A DNA stretch of 63,510 nt. Origin: Acidobacteriota bacterium (lineage in GTDB: Bacteria > Acidobacteriota > Vicinamibacteria > Vicinamibacterales > UBA2999). Below the pieces are notes generated by a model. The model was given only the letters and a program-made list of their open reading frames with translations, was not told the origin of the DNA and did not search any database. This document shows positions 43,369 to 52,532 of this stretch, in pieces. Made by a program: the position numbers and the translations under genes. How positions within the stretch are numbered: the stretch's first letter is position 1; every line of letters begins with the position of its first letter. The stretch is from positions 1 through 63,510 of the forward strand of contig JACQZV010000098.1 of assembly GCA_016213695.1 (NCBI GenBank), in the 5' to 3' direction.

Positions 43369-45144
43369 ATGGATTCACCGAGCGGCCAAGAAATTGACCA
43401 GGGTGGCAGAAACCTGCGCGTAAAACGCTCCGTCATCGCGGCTGTCGCCGGCGCCGCGCTCCTGCTCGCTTTGGCGCTGCTGTTCCTGCGGCGTCCCGGT
43501 GGTCCAGCGCCACCAGTGAGTCCGGCGCGCGGCGGCCAGATTGTTGCGTCGATCCGCGCCGAGCCGCGGTCGTTCAACCGCCTCGTCGCCCGCGACCAGT
43601 CCACCGACCTCCTGACGTTCCTGACCCAGGGCCGGCTCGTACGGATCAACCGCGCCTCCTTCGATCTGGAGCCCTGGCTGGCCGAGCGGTGGGAGTCGAG
43701 CGCCGACGGACGCGTGCACACGCTGCACCTGCGGCCCGGCGTGACCTGGTCCGACGGGATGCCGTTCACCTCAGCCGACGTGCTGTTCTCGGTGCAGGCG
43801 GTCTTCGACCGGCGCGCCCAGAGCGTGCTGGCCAGCAGCCTCGCCGCCGGCGGGCAGCCGATTCGCGCCGCGGCGCCCGACGCGCAGACGGTCGTCATCA
43901 CCTTTCCTGTGCCGTCCGGCCCCGGGCTGCGCCTGCTCGACCAGTTGCCAATCCTGCCGAAGCACAAGCTGCAGGGAGCGCTCGCGGCCGGGACGTTTGC
44001 CTCCGCGTGGAATGCCGCGACGCCACCGGCCGAGATCGTCGGCACGGGCCCCTTCGTCGTGCGCGAGTACCAGCCGGGACAGCGCGTCGTGCTCGACAGG
44101 AACCCGCGCTACTGGCGGCGCGCCCCCGACGGCGCCGCGCTCCCGTACCTCGATCGCATCGTCCTCGAGATCGTGCCCGAGCAGAACGCGGAGCTGCTGC
44201 GGCTGCAGTCGGGGGGCACCGACCTCTCGTCGAGCGAGCTGCGTCCGGAGGATTACGCTCCGGTCAAACAGGCGGAGGAGCAGGGACGGCTGCGGCTCGT
44301 CGAGCTCGGCGTCGGTCCGGATGCCGACGCGTTCTGGTTCTGCCTCAAGCCCGAGGTCAAGGGCAAAGACCCCCGTTTCGTGTTCGTGCAGCGGCCGGAG
44401 TTTCGGGCGGCCATCTCGCATGCGGTCGACCGCGAGGCATTCGCCCACACCGTGTTCCTGGGCGCCGCGGTGCCCGTGTGGGGTCCCGTCACGCCCGGCA
44501 ACACGCAGTGGTTCTGGCCCGACGTGCCCCGTTATGCGTACGACGAGGCGCGCGCGCGCGATCTGCTCGCGGGCCTTGGCCTCGAGGATCGCGATCACAA
44601 CGGGGTGGTTGAGGACGCGCGCGGTACCGAAGCACGCTTCACCGTCATCACGCAGCGGGGCATCGGCTGGTACGAGCGGGGCACCGCCGTGCTCCGCGAG
44701 AGCCTGGCGCGCGTCGGCATCGCGATCGATGTCGCGCCGCTCGAATTCGGCGCGATGATCCAGCGGATGCTCGCGTGCGACTACGACGCCATGTACTACC
44801 GGCCGGTCTTCACGGATCTCGACCCGGCCGGCAACCTCGACTTCTGGCTCACCTCCGGCTCCGCGCATGTGTGGAACCTGGAGCAGCGCGTGCCCGCCAC
44901 CGAGTGGGAGCGGCGGATCGACACGCTGATGCTCGAGCAGGCGGCGACAATCGATCCCGAGCGGCGGCACGAGCAGTTCAACCTCGTGCAGCGCATCGCC
45001 GGCGAGAACCTGCCGGTGCTCTACTTCGCGGCGCCGCGGCTCTACTACGGGCACAGCGTCCGCCTGCGCGGCGTCGTCCCGTCCGTCCTGCGGCCGCCGG
45101 TGTTGTGGAACGCCGACAGTCTCAGCGTGGCGCCCGGTGAGTAG
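43369..45144 (+). CDS. ABC transporter substrate-binding protein, family 5 (peptide/nickel)
   Basis: LEPWLAERW, LRPGVTWSDGMPFTSADVLFS, GTGPF, RAAISHAVDR; N-terminal membrane anchor; start uncertain. Confidence 0.88.
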   Translation: MDSPSGQEIDQGGRNLRVKRSVIAAVAGAALLLALALLFLRRPGGPAPPVSPARGGQIVASIRAEPRSFNRLVARDQSTDLLTFLTQGRLVRINRASFDLEPWLAERWESSADGRVHTLHLRPGVTWSDGMPFTSADVLFSVQAVFDRRAQSVLASSLAAGGQPIRAAAPDAQTVVITFPVPSGPGLRLLDQLPILPKHKLQGALAAGTFASAWNAATPPAEIVGTGPFVVREYQPGQRVVLDRNPRYWRRAPDGAALPYLDRIVLEIVPEQNAELLRLQSGGTDLSSSELRPEDYAPVKQAEEQGRLRLVELGVGPDADAFWFCLKPEVKGKDPRFVFVQRPEFRAAISHAVDREAFAHTVFLGAAVPVWGPVTPGNTQWFWPDVPRYAYDEARARDLLAGLGLEDRDHNGVVEDARGTEARFTVITQRGIGWYERGTAVLRESLARVGIAIDVAPLEFGAMIQRMLACDYDAMYYRPVFTDLDPAGNLDFWLTSGSAHVWNLEQRVPATEWERRIDTLMLEQAATIDPERRHEQFNLVQRIAGENLPVLYFAAPRLYYGHSVRLRGVVPSVLRPPVLWNADSLSVAPGE

Positions 45145-46126
45145 CTTCCTGGCCCGGCGCCTGTTGTTTGCGCTCGCGCTCGTGGTCGTCGTGTCGTCGT
45201 CGGCGCTGCTGCTGGCGCGGCTGGCGCCCGGAGACGTCACCGCCGAGCTCGGCCCGTTTGCCGGCGCCGCCGAGATTGCCGGCACGCGCGCGCGGTTCGA
45301 TCTTGACCGCAACCCCGCGTCGCAATGGGTCGTCTGGATGGCGCGGGCCGCGCGCTTCGAGTTCGGCGACTCGTTTCTCTACAACCGGCCCGTGCGCGGG
45401 CTCGTGCTGCGCGCCGCCGCCAATACGGCGGTGCTGGCGCTCGCCGCGCTGGCGCTGGCGACGCTTGTCGGGATACCGCTCGGCATCGTGGCGGGCAGCC
45501 GGCAGGGAACGGGCGCCGCCGTGATCCGCGCGGCGTCGCTCGTCTGCCTCTCGGTGCCGCCGCTCCTCACCTCGCTCCTGCTCGTGTTCGTCGCCGCCAC
45601 CACTCGCTGGTTTCCTCTCGGCGGGATGACGTCGGTGGCCGCCGTCGGCCCGAGCGGGCCGGCCTGGCTGGCCGACGTCGCCGTCCACCTGCCGCTGCCG
45701 GTGCTCGCGCTCGCGCTGCCGATTGCCGCCACGTTCGAGCGGCTGCAGGCACAGGCGATCACCGACGCGCTGCGCCAGCCGTTTGCGCTCGCCGCGGTGG
45801 CGCGGGGCCTGTCGGCCCGCGACGTCGTGCTCCGCCACGCGTGGCGCGTGTCTCTCCGTCCTCTCTGCGGCGTGTACGGGCTGGCGGTCGGCGCGCTGCT
45901 GTCGGGGTCGTTCGTCGTGGAGTTCGTGACCGCGTGGCCGGGCCTCGGGCGCCTCACCTACGAGGCGCTGCGCGCGCGCGATATCTATCTGGTGGCCGGG
46001 TGCGCGGCGATGGGCGGCGTGTTTCTCGCGCTCGGCAGCCTCGTCGGCGACCTGTTGCTCCTCGCGGCCGATCCCCGCCTGCGTGAGGCGGCCCGGGCCC
46101 GTTCCGGCGAAAGGCAGACCGCATGA
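45137..46126 (+). CDS. Peptide ABC permease (OppB/DppB-like)
   Basis: LARLAPGD, FEFGDSF, AVARGLS...HAWR (EAA-like loop), TAWPGLGRL. Confidence 0.9.
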   Translation: MSSFLARRLLFALALVVVVSSSALLLARLAPGDVTAELGPFAGAAEIAGTRARFDLDRNPASQWVVWMARAARFEFGDSFLYNRPVRGLVLRAAANTAVLALAALALATLVGIPLGIVAGSRQGTGAAVIRAASLVCLSVPPLLTSLLLVFVAATTRWFPLGGMTSVAAVGPSGPAWLADVAVHLPLPVLALALPIAATFERLQAQAITDALRQPFALAAVARGLSARDVVLRHAWRVSLRPLCGVYGLAVGALLSGSFVVEFVTAWPGLGRLTYEALRARDIYLVAGCAAMGGVFLALGSLVGDLLLLAADPRLREAARARSGERQTA

Positions 46127-47097
46127 GGCGCGCCGGGCAGGGGCTGCTCGCGCTCGTCGTGCTCGGCGCGGCCGCCGCGCCCTGGCTCGCGCCCAATCCG
46201 CCCGATCGGACCTTCCCGGCCGCACTCTATGCGCCGCCCACGCCTGTCAGGCTGCGGCACGCCGGCCTGCGGGCGCCGTTCATCTATCCGCAGCGCGTCG
46301 TCAGCGCGCTTGAGCGGCGATTCGAAGAGGACGCGACGCGTCCCGTGCCGCTGCAGTGGTTCCGCGACGGCCGGCTGGTCACCGTGCCCGACGCCGGCGG
46401 CGGTCCGCTGCTGCTGCTCGGCGCCGACAGCCTCGGCCGCGACACGTTCTCGCGCCTGCTGTACGGCGCGCGCACCTCGCTCGTGCTCGCCGCCGCGTCC
46501 ACGCTGCTCGCGCTGCTTGTCGGAGCCCTCATCGGCGGCATCGCCGGGTATGCCGGCGGCGTCGCCGACGAAACGCTGTCGCGGCTGACGGACTTCGTGC
46601 TCGTGCTGCCGGCCATGTACGTAGCGCTCGCGCTGCGCGCCGTCATGCCGCTCGTGCTGCCGCCGGCCACCGTGTTCGCGCTGCTGACGGCCATTTTTGC
46701 GCTACTGGGGTGGCCGGTCGTCGCCCGCGGCGTGCGCGCCATCGTCGCCTCCGAGCGCGAGCGCGAATACGTCGTCGCCGGCCGGGCGCTCGGCGCCACG
46801 CCGTCGCGCCTGCTCGCGCGGTACCTCCTGCCCGCGGCCGGCGGGTACCTGGCGGTGCAGGCCACGCTGCTCCTGCCCGCATTCATCCTGGCCGAGGCCA
46901 CGCTCTCGTACGTCGGCCTCGGCTTTCCGGCGACGGTGCCCACCTGGGGCACGATGCTGCAGGAGGCGGCCAACGTGTCCCTGCTCGGCGGGGCGCCGTG
47001 GGTGCTCGCTCCGGCCGCAGCGATCTTCGTCGTCGTGCTTGCGGTGAACCTGGTGGTGCAGGGAACCGGCCGGGCGCCTGTACAATTGGAGCCATGA
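46123..47097 (+). CDS. Peptide ABC permease (OppC/DppC-like)
   Basis: LLGADSLGRDTFSRLLYGARTSL, EYVVAGRALGA, EATLSYVGLG, WGTML. Confidence 0.9.
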   Translation: MRRAGQGLLALVVLGAAAAPWLAPNPPDRTFPAALYAPPTPVRLRHAGLRAPFIYPQRVVSALERRFEEDATRPVPLQWFRDGRLVTVPDAGGGPLLLLGADSLGRDTFSRLLYGARTSLVLAAASTLLALLVGALIGGIAGYAGGVADETLSRLTDFVLVLPAMYVALALRAVMPLVLPPATVFALLTAIFALLGWPVVARGVRAIVASEREREYVVAGRALGATPSRLLARYLLPAAGGYLAVQATLLLPAFILAEATLSYVGLGFPATVPTWGTMLQEAANVSLLGGAPWVLAPAAAIFVVVLAVNLVVQGTGRAPVQLEP

Positions 47098-48005
47098 AGC
47101 GGTTCGCCGGCATCTTCACGCCGATCGCGACGCCGTTTGCTGCCGACGACAGCCTCGACGAGGCAGGGCTGCGATCGAATGTGGCGCGGTGGATGGCGAC
47201 GCCGCTCACCGGCCTCGTCGTCCTCGGCTCAAACGGCGAGGCGCCGCAGCTCGATGACGAGGAAGCCGACCGCGTCATCGCCATCGCGCGCGCCGAAATG
47301 CCTCGGAACCGTCCCATGATCGTGGGCACCGGGCGCGAGGCCACCAGAGCCACGATCGCGGCCACCCGACGCGCGGCCGCCCTTGGCGCGGACGCGGCGC
47401 TCGTCCGGACGCCGTCGTTCTTCAAGGCGCAGATGACGACCGACGTCTTCGTACGGCATTACCTCGAGGTGGCCGAGGCGTCGCCAATCCCGGTCCTGCT
47501 CTACAACGTGACGATGTACACCGGTGTCAACCTGCCGCCCGACGCGGTGGCGACGCTGGCGACTCATCCCAACATCGTCGGCATGAAGGAGTCGGGAGGC
47601 GACCTCGCGCAGATCGCGGAATACATCGCGCGGACGCCGGACGACTGGACGGTGCTGGCAGGGTCGGCCGCCACCTTCTTTCCGGCGCTCTGCGCCGGGT
47701 GCGACGGCGCCGTCCTTGCGCTCGCGCAACTGGCGCCCGAGGCGTGCGTGAAGATGCGCGCGCTCGTGCAGGCGGGCCGTGTCGACGAGGCGCGGGCGCT
47801 GCAGCGCCGGCTCGCACCGCTGGCGCGATCGATCGGCGGCCAGCACGGCGTGCCCGCGCTGAAGGCCGCGCTCACCCTGATGGGCTACGCCGGCGGTGCT
47901 CCACGCCCGCCGCTGCGGGCCGTCGGGCCGCAGGTCGTTGACATCCTCAAATCGCAGCTCGATGCGTTGGGGCTGGTCGAGCAGGTACCACAGTTGCAGC
48001 AGTGA
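47094..48005 (+). CDS. DHDPS/DapA-family aldolase (HOGA-like GSNGE motif)
   Basis: TPIATPF, LGSNGE, LLYNV, VGMKESGG. Confidence 0.88.
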   Translation: MKRFAGIFTPIATPFAADDSLDEAGLRSNVARWMATPLTGLVVLGSNGEAPQLDDEEADRVIAIARAEMPRNRPMIVGTGREATRATIAATRRAAALGADAALVRTPSFFKAQMTTDVFVRHYLEVAEASPIPVLLYNVTMYTGVNLPPDAVATLATHPNIVGMKESGGDLAQIAEYIARTPDDWTVLAGSAATFFPALCAGCDGAVLALAQLAPEACVKMRALVQAGRVDEARALQRRLAPLARSIGGQHGVPALKAALTLMGYAGGAPRPPLRAVGPQVVDILKSQLDALGLVEQVPQLQQ

Positions 48006-49444
48006 CCGCCATGCGCGTCTGGCTTGCGATTGCCGTCGTTCTCGCCGCCTCCTGCGCCACCAATCCCGTCACCGGCCGGCGCGAATTGAACTTCATGAGC
48101 GAGGCGCAGGAAATCGCCATCGCCAACGAGTCCGAGCCGCAGATCAAGGAAGAGATGGGGGTCTACAACGACCCCGAGCTGCAGCGCTACGTCAGCGAGA
48201 TCGGCTGGCGGATGGCGAAGATGTCGGAGCGCCCGCAGCTGCCGTGGCGGTTCACGGTGGTCGACGTGCCGGCCGTGAACGCATTTGCGGTACCGGGAGG
48301 TGCCGTCTACGTGACGCGCGGCATCCTGCCGTTTCTCGACACCGAGGCGGAGCTGGCGGGCGTTATCGGCCACGAAATCGGCCACGTCACGGCCCGTCAC
48401 TCCGCGCAGCAGTACACGCGGCAGGTGTCCGGACAGGTCGGGCTCGTCGCGCTCGGCATCTTCGTCCCTGCCGCCCGTCCGTTCGGGGATCTGTCGGGTC
48501 AGGCGCTCGGCGTGCTCTTCCTCAAATACGGGCGCGATGACGAGCTGCAGGCCGACCAGCTGGGGGCGCGCTACGAATCACGGCACGGATGGGATCCGGC
48601 GGCCATCCCTGCGTTTCTGTCGACGCTCGGACGTCTGGACGAAGCGGCGGGCGACCGCCGCGGCGTGCCGAACTGGCTGTCCACGCATCCCGAGCCGCTC
48701 GCGCGCGTGAAGGACATTCAGCCGACCGTGCAGGAGCTGAAAGCGGCCGGCGGGTCGTTTGCGACCAACCGCGAGGCGTTCCAGCAGCGCATCGACGGCA
48801 TCGTCTACGGCGACAATCCGGAGCAGGGGATCGCGCGCGGCAGCACCTTTCTGCACCCGGGCCTGCGGTTCCGGATCGACTTCCCGGCCAGGTGGGAGAT
48901 CGCCAACAGCCCGCAGCAGGTGGTGGCGAAAGCGCCGGGCGCCGACATCTTCATGATCCTGCAGCTCGTGGAGCAGCCACGCGGCCGGAACATCCAGGAG
49001 ATCGCGCTGAACAGCATGAACCGCGCCGGGTTCCGCTCGGTCAGCGGCGAACGGACGACCATCAGCGGGCTGGATGCGTTTGTCGGCGTCTACGAGGGGC
49101 AGATCGCGGATCTCGGGGCCGGAACGGCACGCGCCGCGCACATTGCGTACGACAGCAAGGTGTTTGTCGTGGCGGGTCTGGCTCAGAACAGCGCGTTCCA
49201 GCAGGCCGACGGCGCCTTTCTCGGGAGCCTCCGCTCGTTCCGTTCGCTGTCGGCCGCCGAAGCGGAGAACATCCGGCCGAACCGCGTCGATTTCTACGTC
49301 GTGCGCGCGGGGGACACGTGGGCGTCGATTGCCGAGCGCTCCGGCGGCGTGATCACCCCTGCCACGCTGGCGGTCATGAACAACGCCCAGGCCGGCTCCA
49401 CGCCCCAGGTCGGGAGCCGCATCAAGATCGTGGTGGGTGGTTAG
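48002..49444 (+). CDS. M48 family metalloprotease lipoprotein with C-terminal LysM-like domain
   Basis: Lipobox LAASC, NAFAVPGG, HEIGH, YGRDDELQAD, STHP, YVVRAGDTWASIA; alternative ATG at 48011. Confidence 0.88.
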   Translation: MTAMRVWLAIAVVLAASCATNPVTGRRELNFMSEAQEIAIANESEPQIKEEMGVYNDPELQRYVSEIGWRMAKMSERPQLPWRFTVVDVPAVNAFAVPGGAVYVTRGILPFLDTEAELAGVIGHEIGHVTARHSAQQYTRQVSGQVGLVALGIFVPAARPFGDLSGQALGVLFLKYGRDDELQADQLGARYESRHGWDPAAIPAFLSTLGRLDEAAGDRRGVPNWLSTHPEPLARVKDIQPTVQELKAAGGSFATNREAFQQRIDGIVYGDNPEQGIARGSTFLHPGLRFRIDFPARWEIANSPQQVVAKAPGADIFMILQLVEQPRGRNIQEIALNSMNRAGFRSVSGERTTISGLDAFVGVYEGQIADLGAGTARAAHIAYDSKVFVVAGLAQNSAFQQADGAFLGSLRSFRSLSAAEAENIRPNRVDFYVVRAGDTWASIAERSGGVITPATLAVMNNAQAGSTPQVGSRIKIVVGG

Positions 49445-50321
49445 CGGCATCGTGAAGCGTTTTCTCCCACGTGTATTCGTCATCGCCGCCGCGGCCGGGT
49501 TCGCGGTGCTGGCCTACACCTACCTCACGCTGCCGGACGTGCGCGTGCTGGCGACGACGAACCCGGCCACGACGGCCTTCATGGAGCTGCGCGCGGCCGA
49601 AGCGGCTCGCGACGGGCAGACGGTGCGCCACGTGCAGCGGTGGGTGCCGTACGCCCGGATCTCGCAACCGCTCAAGCGCGCGGTGCTCGTCGCCGAAGAC
49701 GCTGCCTTCTGGGACCACGAAGGCGTCGACTACGACGAGTTGCGCAAGTCGATCCAGGTCAACTGGGAGCAGGGGAGAGCCGTCCGCGGCGCGAGCACCA
49801 TCACCCAGCAGCTCGCCAAGAATCTGTACCTGTCGCCCTCGCGCAACCCGCTGCGCAAGCTGCGCGAGCTGATCATCGCGCGGCGGCTGGAGGCGGCGCT
49901 GCCGAAGGCGCGCATTTTCGAGATCTATCTGAACGTGATCGAGTGGGGCGACGGCATCTGGGGGGTCGAGGCGGCCGCCCGCACCTACTTCGGCGTGCCC
50001 GCCGCGTCGCTCAACGCCGAGCAGGCGGCGAGGCTGGCCGGCGCGATCATCAACCCGCGCCTGCTGAACCCGGCGCGTCCGACAGCCCGGCTGGCTCGGC
50101 GCGAGCGTCTCATTCTGAGCCGCATGGGCGACGTGACGCCGCCGCCGGTCGTGGTGGCCTCGGCTCCGGCGACGCCTGCAGCCGACGACGTGCTCGCGCT
50201 GCCGCCCCTCGAGGCGGCGCCGATTCCCGGCGAGGTCGCTGTGGACGGCCCTCCCTCCGAGCCGCCGCCTCCGCCGGCCGAAGTGCCGTCCGCACCGGCG
50301 CCCGATCCCGGCGCCCGATGA
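49437..50321 (+). CDS. mtgA: Monofunctional peptidoglycan transglycosylase
   Basis: AEDAAF, RGASTITQQLAKN, EIYLNVIEWG; Pro-rich tail; alternative GTG at 49452. Confidence 0.9.
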   Translation: MVSGIVKRFLPRVFVIAAAAGFAVLAYTYLTLPDVRVLATTNPATTAFMELRAAEAARDGQTVRHVQRWVPYARISQPLKRAVLVAEDAAFWDHEGVDYDELRKSIQVNWEQGRAVRGASTITQQLAKNLYLSPSRNPLRKLRELIIARRLEAALPKARIFEIYLNVIEWGDGIWGVEAAARTYFGVPAASLNAEQAARLAGAIINPRLLNPARPTARLARRERLILSRMGDVTPPPVVVASAPATPAADDVLALPPLEAAPIPGEVAVDGPPSEPPPPPAEVPSAPAPDPGAR

Positions 50322-50324
50322 TCC

Positions 50325-50951
50325 TTACTTCGTATTTCGCACGGACCCCGGAAAGACCGAAGGCACCGGCGACGCATTGACCGCCTCGGTCAGGCGCCGC
50401 GCGCCGACGAACCGCCGGATCCAGTAGTTGGCCGTATACGGTTCCACCCGCACCACGCCTTTCGAACTGGGCGCGTGCACGAAGCGGCCGTCGCCAATCA
50501 CCATCCCCACGTGCGAGGCCCCGCGGCTGACCGTCTCGAAGAAGATCAGATCGCCCGGCTGCACGTCCTTGAGATCGATGCGGCTGCCCGCGTGGAACTG
50601 GTCGTGCACTTCGCGTGGCAGCGCCGTCCCGTGGCGTGAGAACACCCACTGCATGAAGCCGCTGCAGTCGAATCCCGACGACGGGTCGCTGCCGCCATTC
50701 CGGTAGGGGGCGCCGAGAAACCCGAGCGCCGTCTGAATCACGTCGGCCAGCGCGCCCGGCGCCTCCGGGGCCGCTGCTGGCGCCTCGATCGGCTGGTTGT
50801 CGGGCCTGCCTGCGCGTTCGGCGGGCGTTCCGCCCGCTCCGGGCGGGAGCGCCGCGCCTGGAAATGGACGCGGCACGCCGCTCCGGCTGGCGCAGGCGCC
50901 GGCGGCCAGGGCCAGCAGCACGAGGAGGATGCCCGTCCGCACGCTTCTCAT
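50325..50951 (-). CDS. NlpC/P60 (C40) peptidoglycan hydrolase lipoprotein
   Basis: Lipobox AGAC; GAPYRNGG, FDCSGF, PGDLIFF, SHVGMVIG; real start MRSV at 50951. Confidence 0.9.
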   Translation of the reverse strand: MRSVRTGILLVLLALAAGACASRSGVPRPFPGAALPPGAGGTPAERAGRPDNQPIEAPAAAPEAPGALADVIQTALGFLGAPYRNGGSDPSSGFDCSGFMQWVFSRHGTALPREVHDQFHAGSRIDLKDVQPGDLIFFETVSRGASHVGMVIGDGRFVHAPSSKGVVRVEPYTANYWIRRFVGARRLTEAVNASPVPSVFPGSVRNTK

Positions 50952-51005
50952 ATCGGCGTAACTCGCTGAGGAGACTAGTGTTGGGTTATCATAAACGCTG
51001 ATTCG

Positions 51006-51539
51006 ATGGAGCAGGCCCTTCTTCTGAACGCGTCCTACGAGCCGCTGAAGGTCGTTCACTGGCAGAAGGCAGTGACGCTCTGGTGCCAGGGGAAGGTGGA
51101 AGTGATCGCGGTCCACGACCGCGAAGTGCGAGCCGTCTCGTTCAGCTTCAAGCTGCCGTCGGTCATCCGCCTCCTGCGCTTTGTCAGGATCAAACGCCGC
51201 TTCGATTACGTCCCGTTTTCGCGCGCGAACATCTACGCCCGCGACAACTACACCTGCCAGTACTGCGACCAGGCGATGGGGACCGGGGAGTTGACGTTCG
51301 ACCACGTGCTGCCGGTCGCCCAGGGCGGCCGCAAGGACTGGGAGAACATCGTCACCTGCTGCATCTCGTGCAATCGGAAGAAGGGCGGGCGGACACCGGG
51401 CGAGGCGGACATGAAGCTGCTCCGTACGCCGCGGCGGCCCGATTCGGCGCCAGCCGTCCGGATCACGATCGGTCTGCGCAACGCGCCCGAGACGTGGCGC
51501 GACTACCTCTACTGGAACGTCGAGCTGGACGAAACCTAG
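51006..51539 (+). CDS. HNH endonuclease (McrA-like)
   Basis: LLNASYEPL, PSVIRL, RDNYTCQYC, TFDHVLP, WENIVTCCISCNRKKG. Confidence 0.92.
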   Translation: MEQALLLNASYEPLKVVHWQKAVTLWCQGKVEVIAVHDREVRAVSFSFKLPSVIRLLRFVRIKRRFDYVPFSRANIYARDNYTCQYCDQAMGTGELTFDHVLPVAQGGRKDWENIVTCCISCNRKKGGRTPGEADMKLLRTPRRPDSAPAVRITIGLRNAPETWRDYLYWNVELDET

Positions 51540-51557
51540 CGGCTTCCCGATCCGCGC

Positions 51558-52532
51558 GTGCCCACTATTACGTCCGTCCAGCCGCTCCGGGCAGTGGAGG
51601 GGGGACGCATCACGATTCTCGGATCCGGTCTTCCCATCGACAATATCTCGACGGTCCTGATAGGCGACACGGCCGCGCGCGTGGCGTTCGCCTCGGCGCA
51701 GCGGCTGGTGGTGGCGGTGCCGGACGATCTCGAAGGCGGCCGGCTGCCGATGAAGATTCCCGGCGCGCCGCTCGAGACGATGTACGTCTCGGTGGGGGCG
51801 CGCTGGGCCACGGGCCTGCATCAGGTGGACAACCCGGTATTTGATGACGAGGGCAACCTGTTTGTCACCTACAGCGGGTCGCGCGGCCAGGAGGCGCCGG
51901 TCTCGGTGTTTCGGGTCACGCGCGCCGGCGCGCGCGAACCGTTTGCCTCAGGTATCGTCAACGCCACGTCGCTGGCCTTCGGCCCCGATCGGCGCCTCTA
52001 CGTGTCGAGCCGATTCGAGGGCGCCGTGTATCGCGTGAACGCGGACGGCTCGCACGCTCAGGTCGCGAGCGACCTGGGTGTGGCGTGCGGCATTGCGTTC
52101 GACGCCGAAGGGTCGATGTACGTCGGCGACCGGTCGGGCACGGTGTTTCGCATCCGCGACGGGCGGGCGGCCCCGTTTGCCACCATTCCGGCCAGCGTCG
52201 CCGCCTTCCATCTGGCGATGAGCCGGACGCAGGAACTGTTCGTCACGGGGCCCACGCTCAACGCGTACGACTATGTCTACCGCATCGATCGGCAGGGCGA
52301 GGTGCACCAGCTGCCGTCGCCGCTCGGCCGGCCGCAGGGACTCGCCTTCGATCCTGACGGCACGCTGCACGTAGTCGACGCGCTCGCGGGTGGAAGCGGC
52401 GTCTACCGGTTTGCCTCGCTCGACGGCAAGCCCGAGCTGGCGGTGTCGGGCGCCGGCCTGGTCGGGATTGCCTTCGGTCCGCGCGGCGAGATGGTCGTCA
52501 CGTCGAACGAGACCGCCTATCGATTTGACTGA
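51558..52532 (+). CDS. IPT/TIG domain plus SMP-30/NHL beta-propeller protein
   Basis: PTITSVQP...GGRITILGSG; repeated xAFD/GPDG propeller motifs. Confidence 0.72.
   Translation: MPTITSVQPLRAVEGGRITILGSGLPIDNISTVLIGDTAARVAFASAQRLVVAVPDDLEGGRLPMKIPGAPLETMYVSVGARWATGLHQVDNPVFDDEGNLFVTYSGSRGQEAPVSVFRVTRAGAREPFASGIVNATSLAFGPDRRLYVSSRFEGAVYRVNADGSHAQVASDLGVACGIAFDAEGSMYVGDRSGTVFRIRDGRAAPFATIPASVAAFHLAMSRTQELFVTGPTLNAYDYVYRIDRQGEVHQLPSPLGRPQGLAFDPDGTLHVVDALAGGSGVYRFASLDGKPELAVSGAGLVGIAFGPRGEMVVTSNETAYRFD

Noticed and set aside
51006-51539. Homing endonuclease or intron/intein-associated HNH
   Set aside because: Free-standing gene with host-like GC, not interrupting any gene
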